A DNA stretch of 64,000 nt from Candidatus Eiseniibacteriota bacterium (GCA_963783375.1 CAWANH010000028.1:352001-416000); one strand, 5' to 3'. Shown: positions 1 to 11,000, counted from the first letter of the stretch. Notes: a model not told the origin generated them from the letters alone. Program-made: numbers and translations.

Positions 1-1412
1 CCCGGCGCGGACCGGTAGGCGTGGCGACGGGTCTCCAGGAAGGCCACCAGATCCGCCACCTCCTCCTTGGACAACGTCCCGGCGAAGGCGGGCATGTTGT
101 ACCCCCCGTTCAGGATCCGGATGCGCATCTGGTCCGAGCTCAGGCGGTCGGCCACGGTGGTGAGATCGGGTCCCCGCCGGCCTCCGTAGCCGCCCACCCG
201 GTGGCAGTAGATGCAGGCCTTGTCGTTGAACAGCGCGCCGCCCCGGGCCACCGGGCCCTCGGACGCGCCGATCACCGCCGCCGGGAGGGGTTCGGCGTTG
301 AAGTTCGGGGACCAGTTCGCGCGCTCCCCGGCGATCCACAGGACGCCGATCATCATCACCGTCATGAGCACGATCCCCATCGCCCACGGGCGGCGGAGCG
401 GCGCCCGCTCCCCCTTGTTGAAGAGGAATGGGAGGAGGAGAAGCACGACACCCACCAGGAGCGGCCCCAGGATGATCACGTAGTTCTCGGATCCGTGGGG
501 GAGGAGCGCGAGAACGGCGAAATACCAGAGGAGGTACCAGTCGGGCCGGGGCTGCGCGTTGATGTCGGCGGGATTGGGGGGCTTCCCCAGCTCGGGCGGA
601 CCGAACACGTAGGCCAGGACCACGATCCCCACCACCACCGCCAGGCCGAAGGCGATGTCGCGCCAGGCCGCGTCGGGCCAGAAGGGCACCCCTTCGCGGT
701 GGAGCATGTTCCGGTACCAGGCGCGGTAGGTCCCGGGATCCACCGGGCGCCCGGCCTTGGGCGGCTCGGAGATCCCGTTCCGGATCACCATGTACAGATG
801 GAGCCCCAGGGTGGCAAAGATCATGGCCGGGAACAGAAAGACGTGCATGGCGAAGAACCGGCTGAGGGTCGCTCCCCCCACCGTATCCCCGCCGATCAGG
901 AACCGGGCCAGCCAGTCCCCCACCACCGGGGTCCGCCCGGCCTGCTCCGCCCCCACCACCACCGACCACACCGCGTTCTGGTCCCAGCGCAGAAGCTGAC
1001 CGGTGAAACCCATGGCCAGGGTGAAGGCCAACAACCCCACGCCGGTGATCCAGCTCATCTCCCGGGGATACTTGTAGGCGGCGGTGAGATAGGTGCGGAT
1101 GAGGTGGATCCCGAGGAAGAGCACCATGGCCGAGGCGCCCCAGTAGTGCATGCCCCGGATCAGGCGGCCGAGGGTGGCCTGGTGGGTGATGTACTGGAGG
1201 CTCTGGTAGGCGTTCCCGGCCGAGGCCACGTACATGCCGGAGAGGGCCACCCCGGTGGCGATCTGGACCAGGAAGGCGACCAGGGTGGCGCTCCCGAACA
1301 CGTACCACCACTTGGCCCCGGGAGGGACGGGGTGGTCCAGCAGGGGGCGCACCGCCTCCGAGGTCCCGGTGCGGTCGTCGAACCATCGCCAGAGCGTCTT
1401 GAGCAGGTTCAT
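1..1412 (-). CDS. qcrB: Cytochrome b of a Rieske/cytochrome b complex, fused to a C-terminal cytochrome c domain (runs off the window end)
   Basis: Not in the ORF track because it has no stop in the window. Manual translation from ATG 1412 gives MNLLKTLWRWFDDRTG..WWYVFGS..IRGMHYWGASAM..HLIRTY..YKYPRE, the Qo motif RPDWY (~535-548) and a heme c motif CIYCH near 205-217. Confidence 0.9.
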   Translation of the reverse strand, partial: MNLLKTLWRWFDDRTGTSEAVRPLLDHPVPPGAKWWYVFGSATLVAFLVQIATGVALSGMYVASAGNAYQSLQYITHQATLGRLIRGMHYWGASAMVLFLGIHLIRTYLTAAYKYPREMSWITGVGLLAFTLAMGFTGQLLRWDQNAVWSVVVGAEQAGRTPVVGDWLARFLIGGDTVGGATLSRFFAMHVFLFPAMIFATLGLHLYMVIRNGISEPPKAGRPVDPGTYRAWYRNMLHREGVPFWPDAAWRDIAFGLAVVVGIVVLAYVFGPPELGKPPNPADINAQPRPDWYLLWYFAVLALLPHGSENYVIILGPLLVGVVLLLLPFLFNKGERAPLRRPWAMGIVLMTVMMIGVLWIAGERANWSPNFNAEPLPAAVIGASEGPVARGGALFNDKACIYCHRVGGYGGRRGPDLTTVADRLSSDQMRIRILNGGYNMPAFAGTLSKEEVADLVAFLETRRHAYRSAP

Positions 1413-1461
1413 CGGTCGGGTTTCCTCCGGTTTCCGGCCGGGGACGGGCACGTACGGCGGC

Positions 1462-1980
1462 TCACGTGATCGGGATGGCGCTGGTCTCGATCTCCACCCG
1501 GTCGTTGCGGATGCGCACGGGATAGCGCGACAGCGGTCTCGGCGGCGGTCCCGCGGCCACCCGCCCGTCGTCGTAGTAGACCCCCCCGTGGCACGGGCAC
1601 ATGAAGAGGTCCGCTTTCTCCACCCACCGGACGGGACAGCCGAGATGGGTGCAGTTGAGGGAGTAGGCGATGAACTCCTCCCGGCCGTGCCGGCGGAGCC
1701 AGGCCCCGGTCTTGGCGGTCACCCCCGACCACGGGAGCGAGGACGCGTCCTCGATGGAGACCTCCACCGTCTCCCCCACCTCGAACGCGTCCACCGCCCC
1801 CACGTCCCGCCAGCGGCGCGGCCGGGACCGGAAGAAGGGGGCCAGCATGTAGCCGGCGACGGGGATCGCGGCCACCGCCGCGGCGAGCCCGCCCAGAATC
1901 ACCCCCACGCGGGCGAAGAACCTCCGCCGGTTCAGATTCTCGTGGAGCGGCCCGCGCGGCTCCTCAGCTCCGGTGCTCAT
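1462..1980 (-). CDS. qcrA: Rieske [2Fe-2S] subunit, Tat-exported
   Basis: NRRRFF Tat motif plus TM helix; CTHLGC and CPCHGG boxes. Confidence 0.93.
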   Translation of the reverse strand: MSTGAEEPRGPLHENLNRRRFFARVGVILGGLAAAVAAIPVAGYMLAPFFRSRPRRWRDVGAVDAFEVGETVEVSIEDASSLPWSGVTAKTGAWLRRHGREEFIAYSLNCTHLGCPVRWVEKADLFMCPCHGGVYYDDGRVAAGPPPRPLSRYPVRIRNDRVEIETSAIPIT

Positions 1981-2203
1981 GTCTCAGCTCTCCGATCCAG
2001 CCGGCCACCGCGGCCAGGAAGAGGACGGCCCCCACGCCGGTGATGATGAGGCTGGTGATGAATCCCCACAGCACGAGGATCGATCCCAGGGCAAAGACGG
2101 CCGGCCACCAGGTCGGGCGCGGCAGGGTCTCCGGCTGGGGTACGGTCCAGCCGTCGTCTGGAGCCCCGGAGTCCGGCGTTCCGAGGCCGTGATGGTCGTC
2201 CAT
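1964..2203 (-). CDS. Small two-TM cytochrome c oxidase subunit IV-like protein
   Basis: 79 aa with LPRPTWWP motif and 2 TM helices, inside the oxidase operon. Confidence 0.7.
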   Translation of the reverse strand: MDDHHGLGTPDSGAPDDGWTVPQPETLPRPTWWPAVFALGSILVLWGFITSLIITGVGAVLFLAAVAGWIGELRHEHRS

Positions 2204-2207
2204 GGTC

Positions 2208-3053
2208 TTATCCTTCCTGTCGGACGGTCCCGGTGGCTTCGGCGGAGCCGGCCCCGGCCGGCCCGGCCCCCTCGGGCTCGCGGTACCACCGGGCCAGGGC
2301 GCTCACGATAGCCCAGAGGAACACGAACCCGCCCAGCACCCACATGAAGAGGCCCCCCAGCTCGAGATCCGACTTGGGATCGATCCCCCACCCGTCCCGG
2401 ATCAGGGCCAGCGCCCCCAGCTCGTCCTCGGGGTGCTGATAGGCCGGGTAATAGCCGAGCGGGGCGAACGTGAGAAGCACCCCCAACACGGTGTTGGCCA
2501 GACCGCCGGCGAAGAGATAGAACACCGCGCCGGGCCCGGTGAGCCGCCGCAGGGGATCCGGGGCCAGCGCCGGCCACCAGAAGATCGTCCCGGTGATGAC
2601 GAAGGTCAGGTGCTCCGCGATGTGGACCGCCTCGTTGGCCAGGGTGAGGTTGTAGAGAACGGGCAGGTGCCAGATCCAGAGCGTTCCGATCCCGAGGAAC
2701 CACGCGACGACCGGGCGACCCAGGAGCCCCTCGGCCCGCCGGACGGCCGGACGCGCCAGCAGGCGGGAGGTCCAGCCGGAGGGGAGACCCAGGAGCCAGA
2801 GCGGCGGGGCGGCGAAGCAGAGGAGGAGGTGCTGAAGCATGTGGGCGCTGAAGAGGTAGTCATCCCCCAGGGGGTCCAGGGGCGAGGTCAGAGCGACGAA
2901 CAGCACCACCGTTCCCAGGGTGAAGAAGACGGTGTGGCGCGCCGTGCGCGGGCGGACCAGCGCGAGGAAGGCGGCGAGGAGGAGAACGCATCCCGCCGCC
3001 ACCGAGGGATGGAGTTCCCAGCCCCGGAAGAAGAGGAGTTCGCGCGCGGTCAC
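2208..3053 (-). CDS. ctaG: Cytochrome c oxidase assembly factor (caa3-type CtaG)
   Basis: SPLD..YLFSAHMLQH, WHLP.LY, ELGGLFMW motifs; GTG start overlaps the subunit III stop (GTGA). Confidence 0.88.
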   Translation of the reverse strand: MTARELLFFRGWELHPSVAAGCVLLLAAFLALVRPRTARHTVFFTLGTVVLFVALTSPLDPLGDDYLFSAHMLQHLLLCFAAPPLWLLGLPSGWTSRLLARPAVRRAEGLLGRPVVAWFLGIGTLWIWHLPVLYNLTLANEAVHIAEHLTFVITGTIFWWPALAPDPLRRLTGPGAVFYLFAGGLANTVLGVLLTFAPLGYYPAYQHPEDELGALALIRDGWGIDPKSDLELGGLFMWVLGGFVFLWAIVSALARWYREPEGAGPAGAGSAEATGTVRQEG

Positions 3054-3604
3054 AATGTCCCCCAGAGATACACGACGGCGAAGATGAACACCCACACCGC
3101 GTCCACGAAGTGCCAGTAGACGGAGACCGCTCCCAGGGCGCCGTCCCACGGGCGGTCGTCCTTTCCGGCCCAGGTGAGGCCCAGGACGAGGGCGATGAGG
3201 ACGAGCCCCACCAGGACGTGGAGACCGTGGAACCCGGTGAGGGTGAAGAACGTGGTGCCGAAGAGATCGCGGCTGATGGTCACGTTCTCCCGGGCGAGGT
3301 GGAGGTACTCCGTTCCCTGTCCCACCAGGAACACGGCCCCGAAGGCCAGGGTGGCCAGGAGCCAGAAGAATCCCTCGCCGCGGTTCCGCTTCCGGAGGCT
3401 CGTTCCCGCCCGGTGCATGGTGGCGCTGCTCGCGAACAGGAACACCGAGAAGATCCCGGTCCTCACCGGATCGAGGACGGCGGCCGCGCCGGGTCCGTTT
3501 CCGCGGGTCGCGTGGTAGGTGACGTAGGCGAAGACGAGGAGGCCGAAGAACACCGCCTCCGAGGCCACGAACAGGATCACCCCCAGCTTGTTCTTCTCGG
3601 CCAC
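3050..3604 (-). CDS. ctaE: Cytochrome c oxidase subunit III
   Basis: FVASE, FFTLTGFHGLHV, YWHFVD motifs. Confidence 0.95.
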   Translation of the reverse strand: MAEKNKLGVILFVASEAVFFGLLVFAYVTYHATRGNGPGAAAVLDPVRTGIFSVFLFASSATMHRAGTSLRKRNRGEGFFWLLATLAFGAVFLVGQGTEYLHLARENVTISRDLFGTTFFTLTGFHGLHVLVGLVLIALVLGLTWAGKDDRPWDGALGAVSVYWHFVDAVWVFIFAVVYLWGTL

Positions 3605-3608
3605 CGCC

Positions 3609-5241
3609 TCAGTCCTCCTTCTTCCCGCCGGAGTGGGCCAGGTCCCAGAGCGGCCGGCGGCCCCGGACCGGGGGCACGCGGTCGAAGTTGTGCTCGGGGG
3701 GCGGAGAGGTCGTTGCCCACTCCAGGCTCCAACCCTCCCAGGGATTGTCGCCGGCGGGCTCGCCTCGGCGGGCGCTCACCACGAGGTTGACGAGCATCAC
3801 CAGAACCGATCCCCCCAGAATGAACGCCCCCACCGTGGAGATCAGGTTCAGGATTCCCAGGTGGGGAAGGTCGGGATAGGTGAACACCCGGCGGGGCATC
3901 CCCAGGAGCCCGGCCAGGTGCTGGACGAAGAAGGTGGTGTTGAAACCGATCACGGTCAGCCAGAAGTGGACCTTTCCCCACTTCTCGTTCAGCCGGCGGC
4001 CGCTCATCTTGGGGAACCAGTAATAGACGCCGGCCATGAGGGCAAAGGCCGTCCCCCCGAACAGCACGTAGTGGAAGTGGGCCACCACGAAGTAGGTGTC
4101 GGTCAGCGCCCAGTCGATGGGGACCGCGGCGAACATCACCCCGCTGATCCCCCCCACCGTGAACTCGATCAGGAACGCGACCGCGAAGAGCATGGCGGTG
4201 GTGAACCGGATCGCCCCGCCCCACATGGTGGCGATCCAGTTGAAGATCTTGACCCCGGTGGGGATGGCGATGAGCATGCTCCCCACCGCGAAGACGTAGT
4301 AGATCGGAAACCCCAGCCCCACCGCGAACATGTGATGCACCCACACCCCGAAACTCAGGAAGCCGATGGCCACGGTGGAAATCGCCAGGAACTCGTAGCC
4401 GAAGATGGGTTTTCGTGAGAAGACGGGAATGACCTCGGAGATGATCCCGAACGCCGGGAGCACCATGATGTAGACCTCGGGGTGGCCGAAGATCCAGAAG
4501 TAGTGTTGCCAGAGGAGCGCCGAGCCTCCGGCGGTGACGTCGAAGAAGTGGGCCTGGAGAAGGCGGTCGATGAGAAGCATGACCAGGGCCGCATTGAGGG
4601 CGGGGAGGGCCAGGATGATGAGGAAGGAGTTCACCAGCACCATCCACACGAAGAGCGGAAGGCGGCGGACGGTCATACCGGGAACCCGGAGCGTCCAGAT
4701 GGTCACGATGAGGTTGATCCCCGAGGCCACCGTTCCCACCCCCACCCCGAGAAGCCCCAACCCCCAGTAGTCCAGCCCGGTCCCGAACGCGTAGGGCCTC
4801 TCGCTCAGCGGGGTGTAGCTGAACCACCCCGCATCGGGGGCGCCCCCGGCCAGGAAGCTGAAGTAGAGGAAGATTCCCCCGAAGAGAAGGATCCAGTAGC
4901 TCAGGGCGTTCAGCCGCGGGAAAGGCCATGTCCCGGGCCCCGATCATCAGGGGGACGAAGTAGGTGGCGAACCCCAGGAGGGCGGGCACCACCACCAGGA
5001 AGATCATGGTGGTGCCGTGCATGGTGAAGATCTGGTTGTAGGCCTCGGGAGAGAGGAAGTGCTCTCCGGGCCGCGCGAGCTGGATGCGGATGAGGAGGGC
5101 TTCGACCCCTCCGACCAGGAAGAAGAAGAGCGCCGTTCCCAGGTAGAGGATGCCGATCTGCTTGTGGTCGATGGAGGCGACCCAGCTCAGGAGGCCGGTG
5201 GGCCGCGAGTCCGCGGTGGCCGCGGCGGCGGACGCGCTCAT
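3609..5241 (-). CDS. ctaD: Cytochrome c oxidase subunit I, A1 type (one frameshift at ~4920, probably a sequencing error)
   Basis: N-part DHKQIG..FTMHGTTM..GARDMAFP; C-part GHPEVY, WVHHMF, HFHY. One extra base breaks MAFPRLN. Confidence 0.93.
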
Positions 5242-5287
5242 GACCGGACCTCCCCGGACGTTCCCGCCGGGGGAATCGCGCTCCACC

Positions 5288-6220
5288 TCATCGGAGATCC
5301 TCCAGGTAGGCGACCAGGGATTGGACGTCGGAATCGGAAAGGTGCAGGTTCGGCATGTGGCTTGCGGGCTTGATGGAGTCCGGGTCCCCGATCCACTGGG
5401 CCAGGTGGGGACGGGTATTGGTCGTCGCCCCCGAGGCCAGGGTGGCCCGGGAGGCCAGGTGGGTCAGGTCCGGACCCACGTCGCCGGCGGCCGGCGTTCC
5501 CCGCACCGCGTGGCAGGTCGAGCAGGTGCGCTCCTGGAAGAGGCGGGCGCCCCGGACCGCGTCGGCGGAGTCGGGGGCGGCCCCGGGTTCGCTCTCGTGC
5601 CGCAACCAGGCCTCGAACTCGTCCGGCGGCTGAACCACGACCCGGATCAGCATCCACGCGTGCCCCGCCCCACAGAACTCGTTGCAGCTTCCCCGGTAGA
5701 CCCCGGGGCCGTCCACCTGGAGCCAGAGGTAGGTGGGATGCCCCGGGGTGGCGTCGATCTTTCGCGCCAGCCGAGGCACCCAGAAGTCGTGGATCACGTC
5801 GGCGGAGGTGATGCGGGCCAGGAGGTGCCGTCCGGCCGGGATGTGGATCTCGTTGGCGGTGACCGCGTCGGTCCCGGGGTAGCGCACCTCCCACCACCAC
5901 TGGTGCGCGGTGATCGTGAGGTCGGGTTTGCGGTCGCCGGCCGCGGGGTAGACCGCGTGCATGGTCCGGACGGAGAAGAAGAGCACCACGGCCAGGATCC
6001 CTACCGGAACCGCGGTCCACAGGATCTCCAGCCGCAGGTTCCCCTCGACCTGCGAGCCCTCCTCGCGGCCGGGGCGGCGGCGGTGCTTGATGGCGATGTA
6101 GGTGATGAAGCCGGCCACCACGACCAGGATGACCGCGGCGAGGACCAGAACCAGGATGAAAAGGTCCGCAATGGACCGCGCCTGGGCGGTGGCCGGGTTG
6201 AGCGGACTTTCCAGGGGCAA
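5288..6220 (-). CDS. ctaC: Cytochrome c oxidase subunit II with fused cytochrome c (caa3 type)
   Basis: QWWW, DVIH, CuA motif CNEFCGAGHAWM, C-terminal CSTCH. Confidence 0.95.
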   Translation of the reverse strand: MPLESPLNPATAQARSIADLFILVLVLAAVILVVVAGFITYIAIKHRRRPGREEGSQVEGNLRLEILWTAVPVGILAVVLFFSVRTMHAVYPAAGDRKPDLTITAHQWWWEVRYPGTDAVTANEIHIPAGRHLLARITSADVIHDFWVPRLARKIDATPGHPTYLWLQVDGPGVYRGSCNEFCGAGHAWMLIRVVVQPPDEFEAWLRHESEPGAAPDSADAVRGARLFQERTCSTCHAVRGTPAAGDVGPDLTHLASRATLASGATTNTRPHLAQWIGDPDSIKPASHMPNLHLSDSDVQSLVAYLEDLR

Positions 6221-6235
6221 TTGCTAACCTCCGCC

Positions 6236-6250
6236 TGATTGATTCAATCA
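6236..6250. promoter_or_regulatory. Candidate operator (inverted repeat TGATTGA-T-TCAATCA) just upstream of the oxidase operon RBS
   Basis: Perfect 7-bp inverted repeat in an AT-rich patch 16-30 nt upstream of the ctaC start. Confidence 0.5.
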
Positions 6251-6351
6251 CCTAAGCACTTCACACAATGCGGCGTCAAATCGGGGGAACCCGGCGGGCG
6301 CCTTCGAGAGCTACCGGGAGAGAGGCAGGGGGTATTCCGCACGGCGTCGTC

Positions 6352-6403
6352 CGGTCAGTGGGCGGTTCGGGATCGGGGGCCCTCGGGGGTCCCGGGACCG
6401 GGG
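6352..6403. repeat. Direct repeat, left copy: duplicate of the ycjF-like gene 3' end (att-like)
   Basis: CGGTCAGTGGGCGGTTCGGGATCGGGGGCCCTCGGGGGTCCCGGGACCGGGG matches 19528-19579 at 50/52; looser similarity extends to 6330 (GGGTATTCCGC). Confidence 0.9.
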
Positions 6404-6493
6404 AGGAAGCCGGGTCGAGCCGGCGCGCCCGGCGAGGGCCGGCTCGTGTGGTAGCATGTCCGCCGCCATGACTCCGGGATCCACATTCGCCCC

Positions 6494-6517
6494 TCACACG
6501 AGCCCCGCTTCGACGAC
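6494..6517 (+). promoter_or_regulatory. Putative ECF promoter TCACA-N15-CGAC upstream of the sigma gene (autoregulatory)
   Basis: Same motif and spacing as 7926-7954 (+) and 19257-19285 (-). Confidence 0.6.
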
Positions 6518-6589
6518 TTCTATTCTGGACCGCACGCTCTCGCTCCATTGCCCTGCCCGGTTCACGGGGAGGGCCGCCGTAGGGCCGGA

Positions 6590-7141
6590 GTGAGCTCGGG
6601 GCCGCGGCGGGAGCCTGAGCTCGACTGGGCGACCGTGCAGGCATCCCTGCGCCGCCAGCTCGCCCGGCGGGCGGGAACCGGCGACCGGGAGTACCTTGAC
6701 GATCTGGTCCAGGAGGCGTCCATCCGGCTCCTCCGGGCGGTACGCCGGGGTCCGGTCGACCACGTGGAGGGTCTGGCCGTCACCATCGCCTATCGGACCT
6801 GGATCGACTTCATCCGGCGGCGGATGCGTTGCCGCAAGCTCTTCTCCGCCGGGGCGAAGACCGAAGCGGCGGTGGGCCCGGAGGCGTTCACCTGGGGCGA
6901 CCCGGCGGAGCGGTTGCGGTTCGTGGTTCTGGAACTCTTCGATCGCGAAGGTTCGACCGGATGCCTCGAACTGGCCCGGGCCTATTTCGCCGAGATGGAC
7001 TGGAAGTCGGTAGCCGCCTCGCTGGACCGGAGCCACGACGCGATCCGGAAAGCCTGGTCGCGGTGCGTGGACACGGTCCGCCGGATGGTGATGGAGGATC
7101 GGGCCCTCTCCCGACTGCTCGATCCGGGGGAGAGCACGTGA
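6590..7141 (+). CDS. ECF-type sigma-70 factor
   Basis: Region 2 DDLVQEASIRLL and IAYRTWIDFIRRR; region 4 HTH YFAEMDWKSVAASLDRSHDAIRKAWSR. Start is GTG 6590 or TTG 6548. Confidence 0.85.
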   Translation: MSSGPRREPELDWATVQASLRRQLARRAGTGDREYLDDLVQEASIRLLRAVRRGPVDHVEGLAVTIAYRTWIDFIRRRMRCRKLFSAGAKTEAAVGPEAFTWGDPAERLRFVVLELFDREGSTGCLELARAYFAEMDWKSVAASLDRSHDAIRKAWSRCVDTVRRMVMEDRALSRLLDPGEST

Positions 7142-7920
7142 TGGATCGGTTGGGCGAACACGCACGATTCCGGAGCCGGATGGCACTCGAGGAGGCCGGT
7201 CTCCTGACCGAGGCCCAGTCGGAGGCGTTCCGGGCCCATGCGGCCGGTTGCGCGTCCTGCCGTGAGATATGGGATGCCTATTCCGCGGAACCGGAGGTGC
7301 CCGCCGGAGAGACAACCGGCCACGTGCCCGCCGCCCTCCTCGCCCGCTGGGACGCCGGGGTGGACCTTCCGTCCCTCGAACGGGACCTCGTCGAGCACCA
7401 CCTGGCGTCCTGCGAAACCTGCCGCGAGGACCTGGCCCTCGTCCGGTCCCGGGCTCCCGAGTCCACCGGATACGTCCTGAAACCGGATCCGCGTTCCAGG
7501 CGTCGCGCCTGGCTCCAGGGGGCCGCGGTAGGAGCCCTCCTGGCTGCAGCCGGCATGGCCATCGTCCTTCGCCCCGGCCCCCCCCCTGAGGAGTCGGAGA
7601 CCATCCCCTGGGTCGTCCCCGGGACCACCCGGGGCGCGGTGGCCGCAGTGACCGTGCCCCCCGGGACCCGGCGCCTGTTGCTCGCGATCCCGGTGCCGGA
7701 ACCCGCCTCGACCGGATCCCTGCGCGTGGTGGTGACCGGACCCGGGGACAAGCGGCTGATCGATGCCTCGATCGACCCTGAGCGGATCGTCGACGCCACC
7801 CTCATGCTGATCCTGGCCTCTCCGGGATCCCTGGAGGCCGGAACCTATACCAGCACCGTGACCCCCGCCCGCGGGGAGCCCGTGCAGACCAGCTTCCGCC
7901 TCCGTATCTCCGGCTCCTAG
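7141..7920 (+). CDS. Membrane anti-sigma factor with two zf-HC2 (HxxxCxxC) motifs
   Basis: HAAGCASC and HLASCETC, one TM helix (WLQGAAVGALLAAAGMAIVL), beta-rich extracytoplasmic domain; ATG overlaps the sigma stop. Confidence 0.85.
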   Translation: MDRLGEHARFRSRMALEEAGLLTEAQSEAFRAHAAGCASCREIWDAYSAEPEVPAGETTGHVPAALLARWDAGVDLPSLERDLVEHHLASCETCREDLALVRSRAPESTGYVLKPDPRSRRRAWLQGAAVGALLAAAGMAIVLRPGPPPEESETIPWVVPGTTRGAVAAVTVPPGTRRLLLAIPVPEPASTGSLRVVVTGPGDKRLIDASIDPERIVDATLMLILASPGSLEAGTYTSTVTPARGEPVQTSFRLRISGS

Positions 7921-7925
7921 CCCGC

Positions 7926-7954
7926 CGTCACACCGTCCCGCGTCCGTCGACCCT
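7926..7954 (+). promoter_or_regulatory. Putative ECF promoter CGTCACA-N14-TCGACCCT
   Basis: Identical flanks and spacing to the minus-strand copy at 19257-19285; lies ~85 nt upstream of the LVIVD gene. Confidence 0.7.
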
Positions 7955-8037
7955 CCCTCCAACCAGTGTCGCACTCATTCATCTCGATCCGGGCCGCGTG
8001 GTGACGTGGGGAAGAGGTGAGCCCACGGGAGGTCATC

Positions 8038-11000
8038 ATGTTCTTGTCCCGCAATAACTTACGGTTCCCCGGACTGCTCGGACTCGGCGCCTTGGCCCTG
8101 CTGGCGGCGGCGGCGACCTGGATCCTCCCCGCAGGAGCCCAGGAGACCTCGCTCACCCTCGACTTCTCCTCGACCTCATTTCTCGATCCGGGAAGCACGA
8201 CCGCGGATTGGGACACGGTCTCGGGAACGCTCCACCTTCCCGCCTTCACCGCCCACGAGCTGGGGTCGGTGTCCGGGGCGAACCTGGGACGCGTCGCCCT
8301 GGCCGGAGATGACGTCTACATGTCCTCCGGAACCCTGGGGCTGTCGGTGGTCGACGTGTCGAATCCGGCCGCTCCGTCCCTGATCTATGCCGAGGGAGGC
8401 GGGCATCTCGTGAACGACGTCGACGTCTACGGGGATCTCCTGTTCGCCGCGGGACGGACCGAAGGGCTCCACCTCTACGACGTCACCAACCCCGCCGCCC
8501 CCACCTACCTGGGGGCCAATAGCTCCTACAACGACATGCGGGGAGTGGCCGCGCGCGGGGCCCTGCTCTATCTGGCCGACGGGGTGAACGGGGTCCACAT
8601 TCTCAACCTGGCCGGCACGCTCTTCGAGATCGGCACCCTCGACACCCCCGGGGTCGCCAGGGACGTCGACGCGGCGGGAAACGTGGCCGTGGTGGCCGAC
8701 GATACCTACCTCCGCGTCATCGACGTCACCGATCCGTCCTCGCCGGTGGAAATCTCCAGCTTCGCCGCGACGGAGGCCTCCTCGGTGCAGCTGGACTATC
8801 CCCTGGTCTATCTCGGCACCCTGACCGGGATGGTGATCCTCGACATCTCCGACCCGGCGAACCCGGTCCAGGTCGGGAGCTTTCCGGCCCCGGACCTGGT
8901 CTCGATCTCCGTCGACCGCGACTACGCCGCGGTCACCACCCTCGGGGAACTCTACCTGGTCGACGTCCGCGATCCGGCCCTGCCGGCGCAGCAATGGATG
9001 CAGCCGTCCGGGGACGAGAGCGGCGCCGCGGTGATCAAGGCGGGGCGCATCTACTGGGCGGACGGCGACACCTTCCGGCTGGTGGAATCCGCCCTCCCCC
9101 TCTCGATGCAGTACACCCGCTCTCCGGGAATCACCCGCAACTGCTTCGGGGCGGCGGTGGAGGGCAACGTCCTTTACCTCTACCAGGACCGGGATGGATT
9201 CGAGTCCGTGGTGACGTACGACGTCACCGACGCCATGAACCCCGTGGAATCGGGATACCTCCACCTCGACCTTGGACTCGGCAGCTACGGAAGCGATCTT
9301 GCGGTAAGTGGCGGTTTCGTGTACCTGGCCGATCGGGACGGCATCAAGGTCATCGATGCGCGGGACCCGACGGCGCCGGTGCTGGTAAACACCGTTCTGG
9401 GTACCGAGGACTTCTACCGGATCCAGACCCAGGGAAGCTACCTGGTGGGGGCGACCTCGACCGATATCCATGTCCTCGCCCTCTACGATCCGGCAAATCC
9501 CTCCTACGGATACACGACCGGCTTCGGCGCCCACTCGATCCGTCTCCAGGGCTCCTATCTCTACTATACTTCGGGAACCACTTTCGGAGTCTACGATCTC
9601 ATCACCACGAGTCCCGTGGGATCCCTGTCCCTCCCCTCGTCGGCCGATATCCTGGCCGTCGACGGGAACCAGGTCTACGTGACCTCCGGCAGCAGCATCT
9701 ACGCCATAAGCGTGGCGAGTCCAGCGAGTCCGGTGCTACTCAACGCGGGTACGCCGCCGATCTATGTGCCGCGCACCGGCGTCGTCGTCGGGGATCGGCT
9801 CGCCGTCCTGGACGACTGGCACGTTGCCCTGTTCGACATTTCGGATCCGACGCTCCTCACGGAGGTGGATCGGATCGACCTTCCCAGTTTCTCCCCGTAC
9901 GTTCCCCTGGGCAAGACGTTGGTTCGGGTGGGTGACTTTCTCCATGCCGGCCGCAGCCACACCGCCCCGGGTGGAAGCCACACCGAGGATCTGTACGACA
10001 TCCTACCCGTCATGAGCCATCGGGTCGACTACACCCGGAACGAGGCGAGGACGGTCAGCCTCGCGGCGGGCCACGAGGGAGCCGCGGCATGGCGGATCCT
10101 TCCCGCCGCCCGCACCGATTCGGTCTCCATGTACCTGGGCGATGTCAGCGGTGACACCGGCATCTGGCCACTGTCCGCCGTCGGAAGCGTCGCCGGCATG
10201 ACTTTGTACCCCGCATCCTCGCTGGTCGACCCGGTGGTGGACGAGGTCACCTTCGAATGGGCCTATGAAGAGCCCGCGATCACCTCCATCGCCGACACGC
10301 CCAACGACCAGGGGAAGCAGGTCCGGCTCTCCTGGATGAAGAGCGCCAACGATCTGTATTCGGCCCCGGATCCGGTCACCGAGTACTCCGTGTTCCGGCG
10401 GATCGAGGTGGGCTACGCCCCCGGGATGCTGTCCACCGCCTCACCGCCGGGAACCTGGGACTTCGTCGCCTCGGTGCCGGCGGACGGGCTCGGCACCGAC
10501 GGTCACTACTCGGTGATCGTTCCCACCCTGGCCGACTCCACCCAGAGCGCCGGAATGCACTGGACCACCTATTTCGTGCGGGGTCGGACGGCGACCCGGG
10601 GAACGGTATACGAATCGCCCCCGACAGCGGCTACTCGGTCGACAACCTGGCCCCCTCGGTGCCGGCAGGGCTCCTGGCCTCCTCCGCCGGGGGCGGGTTC
10701 GATCTGTCCTGGGATCCCGACCCCGAGCCGGATGTGCGGTACTACAACGTCTACCGGGGCGCATCCGAGGGGTTCGTGGCCGACGATCTCTCAAGGATCG
10801 GGGCCACCGCGGGCAACAGCTTCAGCGACCCGGCTCCCGGCGGGGAGACGTACGACCAGGTGGCGGCGGTCGACTTCAGCGGAAACGAGGGCCTCCCCGC
10901 GACCACCCACGGCGCCGTCGGGGTGGGCCGTCCGCAGATCACCAGCCGCTTCCACCTCTATCCGGCGAGCCCCAACCCGTTCCGGGCGGATTCGCGGATC

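Noticed and set aside
4915-4925. Programmed frameshift or pseudogene in ctaD (likewise pyk and the Mo large subunit)
   Set aside because: Single-base indels, mostly at short homopolymer runs, in otherwise intact conserved genes; most simply long-read errors.
6236-6250. FNR box
   Set aside because: The spacing does not fit TTGAT-N4-ATCAA; kept only as an unassigned operator.
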